This document shows positions 34,056 through 47,534 of a DNA stretch of 64,000 bases, one piece after another. Origin of the DNA: Holothuria leucospilota (lineage: Eukaryota); the NCBI GenBank assembly GCA_029531755.1, contig CM055976.1, positions 6,848,493-6,912,492 of the forward strand, in the 5' to 3' direction. The translations under genes and the position numbers were made by a program. The notes beneath the pieces are model-generated. The model was given only the letters and a program-made list of their open reading frames with translations, ran no database searches and was not told the DNA's origin. The stretch's first letter is position 1. Each line of letters starts with the position of its first letter.

Positions 34056-35509
34056 GTAATTCATTAAAATATGTGGTAGTGTTGTCAAAATAGCTTACCG
34101 AACAGATTAAATCCAAATGCAGTTTAAAACCGGAACTGCATTTGCTTGCAAATACGCAAAATTGTAGTGCATGGGGGAGTTTAGGCAAGTCCATGCAGTT
34201 TGAATTAAGGCAGTTTTGATGTGGATTTGGTATGGCATTTATTTAGTCCTGAGTTCACTGACACCAAATATTTTCACTACCTTCAGAAAGGTTTGCAAAA
34301 ATCTTTGTTTTTGAAAGGCTTTAGTTCATATTCAACCAAACCATTGACCTGCATAGTCACATTGTACTTGTCTTGCGATCAGTTCTGTGTAACTACATGT
34401 ACACATTGTGGCAACTATATTCATCATATATGGCACTTGTACAGTTCAGTCCAGATTGCTGTTGTGTTATGTACAGCCCTCTAGCTCCTAACTCTGTTCA
34501 TATTCAACCAAAGCATTGACCTGCATAGTCACATTGTCATTCTGTAGGCACTCAAGTCATGTTGTGATCAACTCTGTGTGACTACATACACATTGTGGCC
34601 ACTATATTCATCATACGGCACTTGTACAGTTCCATTCAGATTGCTTTTGTGTTATGTACAGCTCTCTGTCCTCACCATTTAACTAAAATGTGAGAGGAAT
34701 GCAGCACAACTCTCTCAGTCCAGTGCAATGAAGCCAATTGGCATTCAAGCAGTACATGGTATCTGTCTTGTTGCATGCCAACTAAGAAGCAGGGATTGCT
34801 GTAATTGAAATATACTCCAGGCTTTATACCTCCGTGGTAAAAGGCCGAATCACATTTCATCGGGTTTTCTAAGAATTTATCCACAGAGCCCTTTCGTATA
34901 GTTAACTTGTTAACCTTTCTTGTAGTTAGGGTATTTGCTTTTGTTACATGGGTTTTCATTTAATGATGACCACAGATTGACTTACTGCTGTTGTTAGAAG
35001 GTCAAGCATGGATATTTGTACGAACTAACTTAGGTACGAGCAGCATGGAGCTAGGAAGGCGGTTATAAGCCATACAAGGCTTAACAAAGGAATTCAGAAG
35101 TTGGCCAGTAATGCCAATTACACACTACAGTAATTACCTTATGCATAATCTGTCATTTGTAATTGTGATGCTAGTAACAAACAGGATATTTTAAGACAGG
35201 AATGATGGATACTTCCGTTGTGATGTTGGTGGAGGTCAAGGTCATTTGAGTCACTTTGGGGGAACTACAAAACCCTTGTAAACTGCTTGTAAATATGATA
35301 TCTTAAGAAGAGTAACATGAAGAGATCTTGCTTATAGCATATGGATGCCCTATCTTGAGAAGAATGATATTGCTTTCTCTGGAGGTGGAATTTCATACTA
35401 TCACCAAGGGTCAATTTGAGAAAACCTCGTAAACATGATATCTCAAGAAGGGTAACGGTCAGGGATCTCTCGTGTAACAAGTATCTGCTCTACATCGAGT
35501 TCAAGAGAG

Positions 35510-37770
35510 CTGTTTTTGGTTTCGATGAAAGAGAAACCTGTGCAGTCATGATGGCGTATGTGTGTATGTATGTGTGTGTGTTTGGGTGTGTGGGTGTGTA
35601 TGTGTGTGTGTGTTTGTGACGCTTAGCTTGTGTGCACGATATCTCAAGAAGAGAAACTCCGACAGTTTTCTAACTTGGTACATAAATGCCCCATATTACA
35701 AGAAAGAACCCTATCGTTTTTGGTGGGGGTCAAAGGTCATCTGGGGTCACCGGGGGTCAAAACCTGAAAACCTTGTGTGCACGATATCTCAAGTTAGGAA
35801 GCTTGGATGAATTTCATACTTAGTGTGTAGATGTGTTATGGTAAGAGGAAGAACCCTATTGTTTTTGGTAGAGGTCAAAGGTCATCTGGGGTCACTGGGG
35901 GTAAAACCCTGAAAACCTTGTGTGCACGATATCTCAAGGTAGGAAGCTTGGATGAATTTCATACGTAGTGTGTAGATGTGTTATGGTAAGAGGAAGAACC
36001 TTATTGTTTTTGGTGGAGGTCAAAGGTCATCTGGGGTCACTGGGGGTCAAAACCTGAAAACCTTGTGTGCACGATATCTCAAGTTAGGAAGCTTGGATGA
36101 ATTTCATACTTAGTGTGTAGATGTGTTATGATAAGAGGAAGAATCCTATCTTTTTTGGTGGAGGTCAAAGGTCATCTGGGGTCACCGGGGGTCAAAACCT
36201 GAAAACCTTGTGTGCACGATATCTCAAGGTAGGAAGCTTGGATGAATTTCATACTTAGTGTGTAGATGTGTTATGTTAAGAGGAAGAACCCTATTATTTT
36301 TGGTGGAGTTCAAAGGTCATTTGGGGTCACTGGGGGTCAAACTCTGAAAACCTTGTGTGCACGATATCTCAAGGTAGGAAGCTTGGATAAATTTCATACT
36401 TAGTATGTAGATGCATTATGATAAGAGGAAGAACCCTATTTTTTTTTGGTGGCGGTCAAAGGTCATGTGGGGTCACCGGAGGTCAAACTCTGAAACCTTG
36501 TTAACACAATATCTCAAGAAAGGAAGCGTGGATAAATTTCATACTTAGTATGTAGATGCGTTATGGTAAGCGGAAGAGCCCTATTATTTTTGGTGGAGTT
36601 CAAAGGTCATTTGGGGTCACTGGGGGTCAAACTCTGAAAACCATGTTAACACAATATCTCAAGGTAGGAAGCTTGGATAAATTTCATACTTAGTATGTAG
36701 ATGCGTTATGATAAGAGGAAGAACCCTATTTTTTTTTTGGTGGCGGTCAAAGGTCATGTGGGGTCACCGGAGGTCAAACTCTGAAACCTTGTTAACACAA
36801 TATCTCAAGGTAGGAAGCTTGGATAAATTTCATACGTAGTATGTAGATGCGTTATGGTAAGCAGAAGAGCCCTATTGTTTTGGGTGGACATCAAAGGTCA
36901 TCTGGGGTCACCAGGGGTCGAATGCTGAAAACCTTGTTAACACAATATCTCAAGGTAGGAAGCTTCGATGAATTTCATACTTAGTGTGTAGATGTGTTAT
37001 GGTAAGAGGAAGAACCCTATTGTTTTGGGTGGAGGTCAAAGGTCATCTGGGGTCGCCAGGGGTCGAATGCTGAAAACCTTGTTAACACGATATCTCAAGT
37101 TAGGAAGCTCGGATAAATTTCATACTTAGTGTGTAGATGTGTTATGGTAAGAGGAAGAACCCAATCATTTTTGGTGGCGGTCAAAGGTCATCTGGGGTCA
37201 CCGGAGGTCAAACTCTGAAAACCATGTTGACACAATATCTCAAGATAGGAAGCTTGGATAGATTTCATAGGTATTATGTGGATGTGTTATGGTGGGAAGA
37301 TGAATGCTATCATGTTTGGTGGAGGTCAAAGGTCATGTAGGGTCACCGGGGGTCAAACACTGAAAATGTTTTTAACATGATATCTCAAAATGGGAAGCTC
37401 GAATAAATTTCATGCGTAGTATGTACATGCATTATGGTAAGAGGAAGAACCCTATCGTTTTTGATGGAGGTCAAAGGTCATCTGGGGTCAAAAAGCAAAA
37501 TTTTAAGAATTTCCAAGATCGTCTCATGAGTTCACCAGAAGGCAAAAAGCAAATTTTCCCAAGAATTCCCAAGATCATCATCTTGAGTCATCAGATGTCA
37601 AAATGCAAAATTTCCCAGGAATTCCGAAGATCAAATATGAACCTAAAATTATTTTTCCAACATGTTAAGATAGCACTTGACCAGTGACTGAAAGACATGG
37701 GACATCATGGCATTATTTGGAATAGAACATATATCATCAAAACCTCAATGCATTTTTGCATTCTGGTTGA
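35510..37770 (+). mobile_element. Family 1 satellite-carrying element, copy B. It is the least diverged copy, with about 13 units of 145 bp. Its (TG)n-rich head lies at 35555-35625. It is inserted into, and replaces part of, the 4-kb duplicated unit.
   Basis: Unit period measured as 145 bp (ggtcaaaggtcat at 35728, 35873, 36018...). Tail subrepeats lie at 37480-37630, and the terminus at 37640-37770 matches 4900-5040 and 52760-52890. Confidence 0.85.
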
Positions 37771-38773
37771 AATTAATAAAGGAACATATTAAAGATGCTG
37801 TGAGGGTAGAGAGGTGTTTTGAACATAGAATCATGAATGTGCACCTTGCATGTCTCTTGTTGAGATCATCTGTGTGGCATTAAATTGGAATTTTGTGGAG
37901 ATGTATTGGCTTGGTCAGCAAATCAGCAAAAGTGTCCATAGGGTTAAGTGCTGAGAGGTTTCAACTGATACAGTAATTCATTGGTGCCATGAAGGAATTT
38001 ATAGTTCAGATCTTTGTGAAGGGGTAAAGTGCCAGTCAGTAAGTGTGAACTACCCCTTTACAGTCTGTGGAAAAGTAGCTGAAGACTGGGGCTACATTCT
38101 CTTACAGTTGGAGGGCATTTTAAACCCCTGGTTTAGCATCTAGAGTTTTAGTGTAGATACCTGCCACATCTTGACTCTGAAAGATTCAATTCTGCCAGTG
38201 AAAATATTTTGAGCCTACAATTACAATTAATGGGGAGCATTGGACAAAAATGTCCACTTAGTATAGATCTGTCCTATATCATTTGGTTGTGAAGTGCATT
38301 TTTAGATGAATGTAAGGTTGATAGTGTCATTTATTAAATCAACAATAGAACATGAAGTAAATTAAAGCACTGACCACCAACTATTATGAAAGTCATTAAA
38401 GTATGGAATCCACAGTGTAAAGCAGGATTGGGCACTTAAGGACCTGAAAGATGCACTTGGGGTCATCAATGTAAGTTGTGTTAACTACTTAATTATGTGC
38501 TGGTATGTTACAGTAAATATGATTTTATGCAGAAGTGTAGAATCTCACCACTTTCTGCACATTTTTGGTAAATGACTGTGTAGGTAGTACCATCACTAGT
38601 GTAGTACTGCACTCCACAGTATGGAGAATTGCATTATGTGTTGTATTGCATAAACCAGGTGCAGAAGTAGTTGGCTTTAACTTACCTTGGCAGGTTCTAT
38701 TATAAAAACACACCCTGTGAGTTAAATCATTACATACTAATGAATGAATAGTTTCATTGCTGGTTGTTTTCAG

Positions 38774-38832
38774 ATATTCTTTATAGTGCAGCAGTACTAC
38801 GCACAGATTCTTTTTCTTCAGAACTCGAAGAG
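38774..38832 (+). CDS. Candidate 59-bp exon ((D)ILYSAAVLRTDSFSSELEE) in copy 1 of the 4-kb tandem unit.
   Basis: Acceptor ggttgttttcAG (38771-73) and consensus donor GAAGAG|GTAAGG (38833). Phase 1 to phase 0. It is duplicated with intact splice sites at 42882 and 47022. Confidence 0.25.
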
Positions 38833-39476
38833 GTAAGGGTTTTTAAGGTTTTAATTCTCACAAGTTATTAGTCCAACCAGACTTGAAAATACAGACAGGG
38901 GATCACATAACCAAAAATTGATACAACTGTTTGGACAAATTTAGGCCTACAAGTATGGCTACTGATGTTGGCATAAATGTGATGATGAAAGTGCATTATT
39001 TCAGACAAAATACACCCAGAGTATAAAAGAGATGTGAAAAGTTTTCATACCAATTGTTGATTTTTACCAAGCCTTGCATATTTTCAAAAGTTTCCCAAGT
39101 TTCATGTGTCAACTGTTGCATATTTGTGTATGATGGATTCCTTGAGTAAGTCCAAACTTAACACAAAAGACATATACCAGCAGACCAGCAGCCATATTGG
39201 TGGACGCGATGTTGCAGGAGGCAGTCACAGTAATATAGTAAGAAAGCTGATACATTGTGGAGACACAAAAATATCAGTATCTAGAGCTGTGTTTCATATG
39301 AAAACAGTTGAAACAGTGAAAACAGTATCTAGGGCTATGCAACATTAAAACAGTAACAGCAGTATGAAGGGTGTGAAAAACTGAAACAGTTTAGATGAAA
39401 GCTTCATAAAAAATGATGATCAGTGAGGTTGTTAGATGTCAAAGTTACATTAGTATTTTTTTTCCATCTACTGTAG

Positions 39477-39573
39477 TTGGGCACAAACCTCAAGGAAGTG
39501 GACACTAGTGATGATGAGAAAGAATATACCATGTCATTTGATCTGGGTCCATCTTAAGAAGTTCCACCTGCTG
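39477..39573 (+). pseudogene. Copy of the LKEVETSDDE-module exon carrying an in-frame TAA (LGTNLKEVDTSDDEKEYTMSFDLGPS*). It is probably a dead or skipped exon copy.
   Basis: It has the same splice-site architecture as 43551-43647 and 33962-34055. An in-frame stop lies at ~39555-39557. Confidence 0.3.
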
Positions 39574-42500
39574 GTAATTCATTATAATTTGTGACAGTGT
39601 TGTCAAAAATACCTTACTGAACAGAAGATAAAATCCAAATCGAATTAAAAACTACTCCATGCATAATCTGTGCATTTGTGTTTGTGATGCTAGTTGCAAA
39701 GAGGATATCTTAGGACAGGAATGATGGATACTCACATATTGTTGTTGGTGGAGGTCAGGGTCATTTGTAGGGTCATTTGAGGTCACTAGGGGAAACTACA
39801 GAATCCTTGTAAACTGCTTGTAAACGTGATATCTTAAGAAGAGTAACATGAACTTCAAGGGATCTTGTATGTGACATGTGGATGCCCTATCTTGAAAAGA
39901 AGAATGCTATTAAGTAAGGTTTCATATAGTGTCACCATGGGTCAAATTGAGAAAAGCTCATAAACATGATATATCAAGAAGGGTAACTGTCAGGTATCGC
40001 TCATGTAACAAGTATCTGCTCAAAATTGAGTTCAAGAAGGCTGTTTTTATTAGTGAAATTCAAAGGTTATGTTAGGCCACCAGATATTAAACTGTGAAAA
40101 TCTGATATACAAAAATGTCTCAAGAAGGGAAGCTGTGATGATTCTCATACTTTTTTTATTTGTTTTATCACATTCTCGAGAAGTACAGTAAGATAAAAAT
40201 ATTTACATTATGCATTACATGAATGTATACTTAGCAAGAAGAAGCCAAAGCTTATAGTGAGTAGAAGAAACATTTTGATTTTGGTTGAGGTCAGAGGTCA
40301 TTTTGGATCAAGCGAGATCAATCTGATAGTCTTGTATGTTTAATATGCCTTTTGTATTATTAATGGTACATGTCAGGGTCTTCTAGTCTGCTATCACCTG
40401 GCAATGCTGGGCAGACTGAAAGAATTTGGCTTTTGCTACTTTCTTTCAGCGAGAAATGATGGAATGGAAATCAGGAAGATTGCCTCTTATGTATATATCG
40501 CCTCTCATCTATTCATTGTCATGGTACCGAGAGCAGAAGATGTATGGGTTTTCATACAATGCTTGATTTGTGAATTATGTTTCAATTTCCTCAGGAGAGG
40601 CTTTGACAAGTGAATGTACAGGAAATAGATTTTTTGAACTGAACAGTATTGATAAGCAATATCAATATTCATGACTTACAGTGCAGACTGCAAAGTTCAC
40701 TGTACAGGGAATAATGTACAGTAGTGTTCAAGATTTGCATAGCAAGTTTGAGGTTTCTGGGCTTCTCTTTCACAAAATCATTTAAAACCCTGTTGTTGTG
40801 TGTACATGTTCTACACAATTTTGCAATTGTGTAGCAATTCGCCCATCCTGTGTAGCAAAATGCGATGCGATACGGGAGAAATTATTCCCTGGTGTACCAT
40901 CAGTTGGGAGCTTTTTTACATTCAAATGGAAGCTAGGAGTAACTTTTTTTCTTACTTTAAGTTTCTAGAATAATCTTTTTACTCCAAGTTTGAGATATTT
41001 GTAGTTAATGTAGGATACTATTTTCTTGAAGGACTATTGCTTTACCCAGTGAATGATTTCAAAAACCTTGATTTTAGCAAGAAGATTGTTTTTGCTAATA
41101 CAAAATACCGCAGCACGTCTCTGTACTTGGGACAGCAAAAGGACAATCCTTCCTGGCAAATATTGTAATCCTGTAATGTCAAACTGGCTTATTCAGTTAT
41201 AGTTACCTAAGATAAATTGACAGAATATCTTATGTGTTTTAGCTCAAGAAACTTAAAGGCATTGTCTGGTGGCATTTTGTAGGGGTCTTATATAAAAGTT
41301 ACTACATGTCATCCAAACCCCATACCAAAACTCCAATCCTAACTCAAGATATCCCTTCCCAAAGATTAGTTACTTTTGACAAGAAACACCTCCAGATTTC
41401 CTCTAGGTCACAGAAGGTGAAGCCAAGTGGGCAAATTGTCTCAGGTCCTTTTGTTATTCTTTGTAATTTTATACCTTGTTTGTCCTTGAAATTTGATACT
41501 GTTGGAATGTTTAGATGCTCTTCCGTGTAGATATAGTGTAAAACTGCTCCATACCTATATGGAACAGCAAATAAAGTTATGAAATAATCAATTTAATGAT
41601 ATCAACATTAAAAAGAAATACAAAAGCTACATCTAATCAATTTGCCCAGATGACATCACAGATTTCCCATAATGTACTGGCAGAACCTGAAAATGTAGCA
41701 TCTCTTCAAAAATTCATATCTTCCAGATGCAAGATGGTATTGAGATGGGGTTTTCACTGCCTAACATAGAAAAGTTTTCTGCTTTTTTTGAAAACATCAA
41801 ATTTGGTCACCAGAACATGCTTTTAACTGTTTTGTAAAGGTGAAATAAGAAGATAGGTGTTGAAACCTGAATGAATGGCTTTTAAGAAGTTGAAATCATT
41901 TTTGAAATTAATAAAGGAACATATTAAAGATGTTGTGAGGGTAGAGAGGTGTTTTGAACATAGAATCATGAATGTGCACCATGCATGTCTCTTGTAGAGA
42001 TCATCTGTGTGGCATTAAATTGGAATTTTTTGAAGATGTATTTGCTTGGTCAGCAAATCAGCAAAAGTGTCCATAGGGTTAAGTGCTGAGAGGTTTCAAC
42101 TGATACAGTAATTCATTGGTGCCATGAAGGAATTTATAGTTCAGATCTTTGTGAAGGGGTAAAGTGCCAGTCAGTAAGTGTGAACTACCCCTTTACAGTC
42201 TGTGGAAAAGTAGCTGAAGACTGGGGCTACATTCTCTTACAGTTGGAGGGCATTTTAAACCCCTGGTTTAGCATCTAGAGTTTTAGTGTAGATACCTGCC
42301 ACATCTTGACTCTGAAAGATTCAATTCTGCCAGTGAAAATATTTTGAGCCTACAATTACAATTAATGGGGAGCATTGGACAAAAATGTCCACTTAGTATA
42401 GATCTGTCCTATATCATTTGGTTGTGAAGTGCATTTTTAGATGAATGTAAAGTTGATAGTGACATTTATTAAATCAACTATAGCACATGAAGTAAATTAA

Positions 42501-42881
42501 AGCTCTGACCAACAACTATTATGCAAGTCATTAAAGTATACAATCCACAGTGTAAAGCAGGATTGGGCACCTAAGGACCTGAAAGATACATTTGGGGGTC
42601 AACAATGTAAGTTGTGTTATCTATTATGTACTGATATGTTACAGTAAATACCATTTTATGCAGAAGTGTAGAATCTCACCATTTTCTGGTCATTTTTGGT
42701 AAATAGCTGTGTAGTACCATGACTAGTGTAGTACTGCACTCCACAGTATGAAGAGCATAAACTAGGTGCAGAAATAGTTGGCTTTAACTTACCTTGGCAG
42801 GTTCTAATATAAAAACACACCCTGTGAGTAAAATCATTACATACTAATGAATGAATAGTTGTCATTGCTGGTTCTTTTCAG

Positions 42882-42940
42882 ATATTCTTTATAGTGCAGC
42901 AGTACTACGCACAGATTCTTTTTCTTCAGAACTCGAAGAG
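42882..42940 (+). CDS. Candidate exon ((D)ILYSAAVLRTDSFSSELEE), copy 2 of the SSELEE exon.
   Basis: Identical to 38774-38832. Acceptor cAG at 42879-81 and donor GTAAGG at 42941. Confidence 0.25.
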
Positions 42941-43550
42941 GTAAGGGTTTTTAAGGTTTTAATTCTCACAAGTTATTAGTCCAACCAGACTTGAAAGTAT
43001 AGGCAGGGGATCACAAAACCAAAAATTGATTCAACTGTTTGGACACATTTAGGCCTGCCAGTATGGCTGTCAGAACTACTGATGTTTGCATAAATGTGGT
43101 GATGAAACTGCGTTATTTCAGACAAAATACAGACAGAGTATAAAAGAGATATGAAAATTTTTTGTACCAATTGCTGATTTTTTCCAAGCCTTGTATTTTT
43201 TCCAAAGTTTCATGTGTCAACTGTTACATATTTGTGTATGATTGACTACTTGAGTAAGTCCAAACTTAACACAAACAGCATACACTAGCAGACCAGCAGC
43301 CATAGTGGTGGTAGCGATGTTGAAGGAGACAGTCACAGTAATATGGTAAGAAAAGCTGATACATTGTGTAGACACAACAACATCAGTATCTAAAGCTGTG
43401 TTTCATATAAAAACAGTTGAAACAGTAAAAACAGTATCTAAGGGTGTGAAAAACTGAGACAGTTTAGATGAAAGCTTCATGAAAAATGATGATCAATGAG
43501 GTTTATTAGATGACAAAGTTACATTAGTATTTTTTTTCCTTCTACTGTAG

Positions 43551-43647
43551 TTGGGCACAGAACTCAAGGAAGTGGAAACTAGTGATGATGAGAAAGAATA
43601 TGCCATGTCATATGATCTGCCTCCGTCTGAAGAAGTTCCAACTGCTG
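43551..43647 (+). CDS. Candidate exon encoding the acidic module, copy 2 (LGTELKEVETSDDEKEYAMSYDLPPSEEVPTAg). The frame is intact.
   Basis: Acceptor tctactgtAG (43548-50) and donor CTGCTG|GTAATT (43648). Phase 0 to phase 1. Confidence 0.25.
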
Positions 43648-46600
43648 GTAATTCGTAATAATTTGTGACAGTGTTATCAAAAATACCTTACTAAACAGAA
43701 GATAAAATCCAAATCCAATTAAAAACTACTCCATGCATAATCTGTGCATTTGTGTTTGTGATGCTAGTTGCAAACAGGATATTTTAAGACAGGAATGATG
43801 GATACTTCCATACTGATGTTGGTGGAGGTCAGGGTCATTTGAGGTCACTAGGGGAAACTACAAAATCCTTGTAAACTGCTTGTAAACGTGATATCTTAAG
43901 ACGAGTAACAAGAACTTCAAGGAATCTTGTATGTGACATGTGGATGCCCCATCTTGAGAAGAAGAATGCTATTAAGTAAGGTTTCATATAGTGTCACCAT
44001 GGGTCAAATTGAGAAAAGCTCATAAACATGATATATCAAGAAGGGTAACTGTCAGGTATCGCTCATGTAACAAGTATCTGCTCAAAATTGAGTTCAAGAA
44101 GGCTGTTTTTATTAGTGAAATTCAAAGGTTATGTTAGGCCACCAGATATTAAACTGTGAAAATCTGATATACAAAAATGTCTCAAGAAGGGAAGCTGTGA
44201 TGATTCTCATACTTCTTTTATTTGCTTTATCACATTCTTGAGAAGTACAATAAGGTAAAAATATTTACATTATGCGTTACATGAATGTATACTTAGCAAG
44301 TAGGAGCCAAAGCTTATAGTGAGTAGAAGAAACGTTTTGATTTTGGTTAAGGTCAGAGGTCATTTTGGATCGAGAGATGTCAATCTGATAGTCTTGTATG
44401 TTTAATATGCCTTTTGTATTATTAATATTACATGTAAGGGTCTTCGATTCTGCTATCGCCTGGCAATGCTGGGCAGAGTGAAAGAATTTGCCTTGTGCTA
44501 TTTTCTTTCAGCAAGAAATCATGGAATGGAAATCAGGAAGATTGCCTCTCATGTATATGTTACCTCTTATCTATTCATTGTCATGGTACCGAGAGCAGAA
44601 GATGTATGGTTTTGCATGCAATGCTTGATTTGTGAATTATGTTTCAATTTCATCAGGAGAGGCTTTGACAAGTGAATGTACAGGAAATAGAATTTTTGAA
44701 CTGAACAGTATTGATAAGCAATATGAATATTCATGACTTACAGTGCAGACCGCAAAGTTCACTGTACAGGGAATAATGTACAGTAGTGTTCAAGATTTGC
44801 ATAGCAAGTTTGAGGTTTCTGGGCTTCTCTTTCACAAAATCATTTAAAACCCTGTTGTTGTGTGTACATGTTCTACACAATTTTGCAATTGTGTAGCAAT
44901 TCGCCCATCCTGTGTAGCAAAATGCGATGCGATACGGGAGAAATTATTCCCTGGTGTACCATCAGTTGGGAGCTTTTTTACATTCAAATGGAAGCTAGGA
45001 GTAACTTTTTTTCTTACTTTAAGTTTCTAGAATAATCTTTTTACTCCAAGTTTGAGATATTTGTAGTTAATGTAGGATACTATTTTCTTGAAGGACTATT
45101 GCTTTACCCAGTGAATGATTTCAGAAACCTTGATTTTAGCAAGAAGATTGTTTTTGCTAATACAAAATACTGCAGCACGTCTCTGTACTTGGGACAGCAA
45201 AAGGACAATCCTTCCTGGCAAATATTGTAATCCTGTAATGTCAAACTGGCGTATTCAGTTATAGTTACCTAAGATAAATTGACAGAATATCTTATGTATT
45301 TTAGCTCAAGAAACTTAAAGGCATTGTCTGGTGGCATTTTGTAGGGGTCTTATATAAAAGTTACTACATGTCATCCAAACCCCATACCAAAACTCCAATC
45401 CTAACTCAAGATATCCCTTCCCAAAGAATAGTTACTTTTGACAAGAAACACCTCCAGATTTCCTCTAGGTCACAGAACGTGAAGCCAAGTGGGCTAATTG
45501 TCTCAGGTCCTTTTGTTATTCTTTATAATTTTATACCTTGTTTGTCCTTGAAATTTGATACTGTTGGAATGTTTAGATGCTCTTCCTTGTAGATATAGTG
45601 TAAAACTGCTCCGTACCAATATGGAACAGCAAATAAAGTTATGAAATAATCAATTTAATGATATCAACATTATAAAGAAATACAAAAGCTACATCTAATC
45701 AATTTGCCCAGATGACATCACAGATTTCCCATAATGTACTGGCAGAACCTGAAAATGTAGCATCTCTTCAAAAATTCATATCTTCCAGATGCAAGATGGT
45801 ATTGAGATGGGGTTTTCACTGCCTAACATAGAAAAGTTTTCTGCTTTTTTTGAAAACATCAAATTTGGTCACCAGAACATGCTTTCAACTGTTTTGTAAA
45901 GGTGAAATAAGAAGATAGGTGTTGAAACCTGAATGAATGGCTTTTTAGAAGTTGAAATCATTTTTGAAATTAATAAAGGAACATGTTAAAAATGTTGTGA
46001 GGGTAGAGAGGTGTTTTGAACATAGAATCATGAATGTGCACCATGCATGTCTCTTGTAGAGATCATCTGTGTGGCATTAAATTGGAATTTTTTGGAGATG
46101 TATTGGCTTGGTCAGCAAAAGTGTCCATAGTGTTATGTGCTGAGAGGTTCCAACTGGTAATTCATTGGTGCCATGAAGGAATTTTGTAGTTCAGATCTTT
46201 GTTAAGGGGTAAAGTGCCATTCAGCTAGTGTGAACTACCTCTTTACAGTCTGTGAAAAAGTAGCTGAAGACTGGGGCTACATTCTCTTACAGTTGGAGGG
46301 GATTTTAAACACCTGGTTTAGCATCTAGAGTGTTAGTGTAGATACCTGCCACATCTTGACTTTGAAAGATTCAATTCTGCCAGTGAAAATATTTTGAGCC
46401 TACAGTTACAATTAAGGAGTATTGGACAAAAAATGTCCACTTAGTATAGATCTGTCCTATATCATTTGGTTGTGCAGTGCATTTTAGATGAATGTAAAGT
46501 TGATAGTGTCATTTATTAAATCAACTATAGAACATGAAGTAAATTACAGCACTGACCACCAACTATTATGCAAGTTCTTAAAGTATGGAATCCACATGCA

Positions 46601-47021
46601 GTGTAAAGTAGGATTGGGCACCTAAGGACCTGAAAGATATACACTTGGGGTCAACAATGTAAGTTTTGTTATCTACTTAATTCTGTGCTGGTATGTTACA
46701 GTAAATATGGTTTTATGCAGAAGTGTAGAATCTCTAGCCATGTGTTCAAAAAATAATAAATTGTTAGCTCACTAATTATCCTGCTCACCACTTTCCGGAC
46801 ATTTTTGGTAAATGACTGTGTAGGTAGTACCATCACTAGTGTAGTACTGCACTCCACAGTATGGAGAATTGCATTATGTGTTGTATTCAATGCATAAACT
46901 AGGTGCAGAAATAGTTGGCTTTAACTTACCTTGGCAGTGTTCTAATATAAAAACACCCCCTGTGAGTTAAATCATTACATACCGTAATGAATGAATAGTT
47001 TTCATTGCTGGTTATGTTCAG

Positions 47022-47080
47022 ATACTCTTTATGGAGCAGCAGTACCAGCCACAGCATCTTTTTCTTTGGAACTCGAAGAG
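47022..47080 (+). CDS. Candidate exon, diverged copy 3 of the SSELEE exon ((D)TLYGAAVPATASFSLELEE).
   Basis: Acceptor gttatgttcAG (47019-21) and donor GAAGAG|GTAAGT (47081). Splice sites and frame are conserved despite 12 substitutions. Confidence 0.2.
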
Positions 47081-47534
47081 GTAAGTGTTTTCAAGACTTT
47101 GCCACAAGTTATCAGTCTATAGCAGACTTGAAAATATAGACAGGGGATCACATAACCAAAAATTGATTCAACTCTTTGGACAAATTAAGGCTTACCAGTA
47201 TGGCTGCCTGAACTATTGTTGTTTGCATAAATGTGATGATGAAACTGCATTATTTCAGACAAAGTACAACCAGAGTATAAAAGAGATATGAAAAATTTTC
47301 ATATCAATTGCTGATTTTTACCAAGCCTTAATGTGTTTTTTCAAAAGTTTCCAAAGTTTCATGTGTCAACTGTTGCATATTTGTGTATGATGGACTACTT
47401 GAGTAAGGCCGTACTTTACACAAATGACATAGGCCAGCAGCCATATCGGCAGGCATAATTGTGCATGTACGCTGATGACACTCTACTGTAAATCATTTTG
47501 GTGCAGTGTGCTCTGTCAGTGTTTATCACAAGTG

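Larger units (their letters stand above)
37770..47440 (+). repeat. Tandem segmental duplication of a ~4.07-kb unit. Copy 1 is ~37770-41885, copy 2 ~41885-45955, and copy 3 (truncated) ~45955-47440. A degenerate, rearranged zeroth copy lies at ~33690-35510. Each full unit carries the SSELEE exon and the LKEVETSDDE exon.
   Basis: Long collinear near-identical stretches, for example 37800-38900 versus 41915-43010 versus 45990-47090. The duplicated ORF-track entries 40404/44466 and 41306/45368 are 85-95% identical. Confidence 0.9.

Noticed and set aside
40404-40613. Paired ORFs 40404-40613 / 44466-44675 and 41306-41530 / 45368-45592 that look 'conserved'
   Set aside because: Their conservation is explained entirely by the 4.07-kb tandem duplication. 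They have no splice-site context, their differences are not synonymous-biased, and there is no domain similarity.
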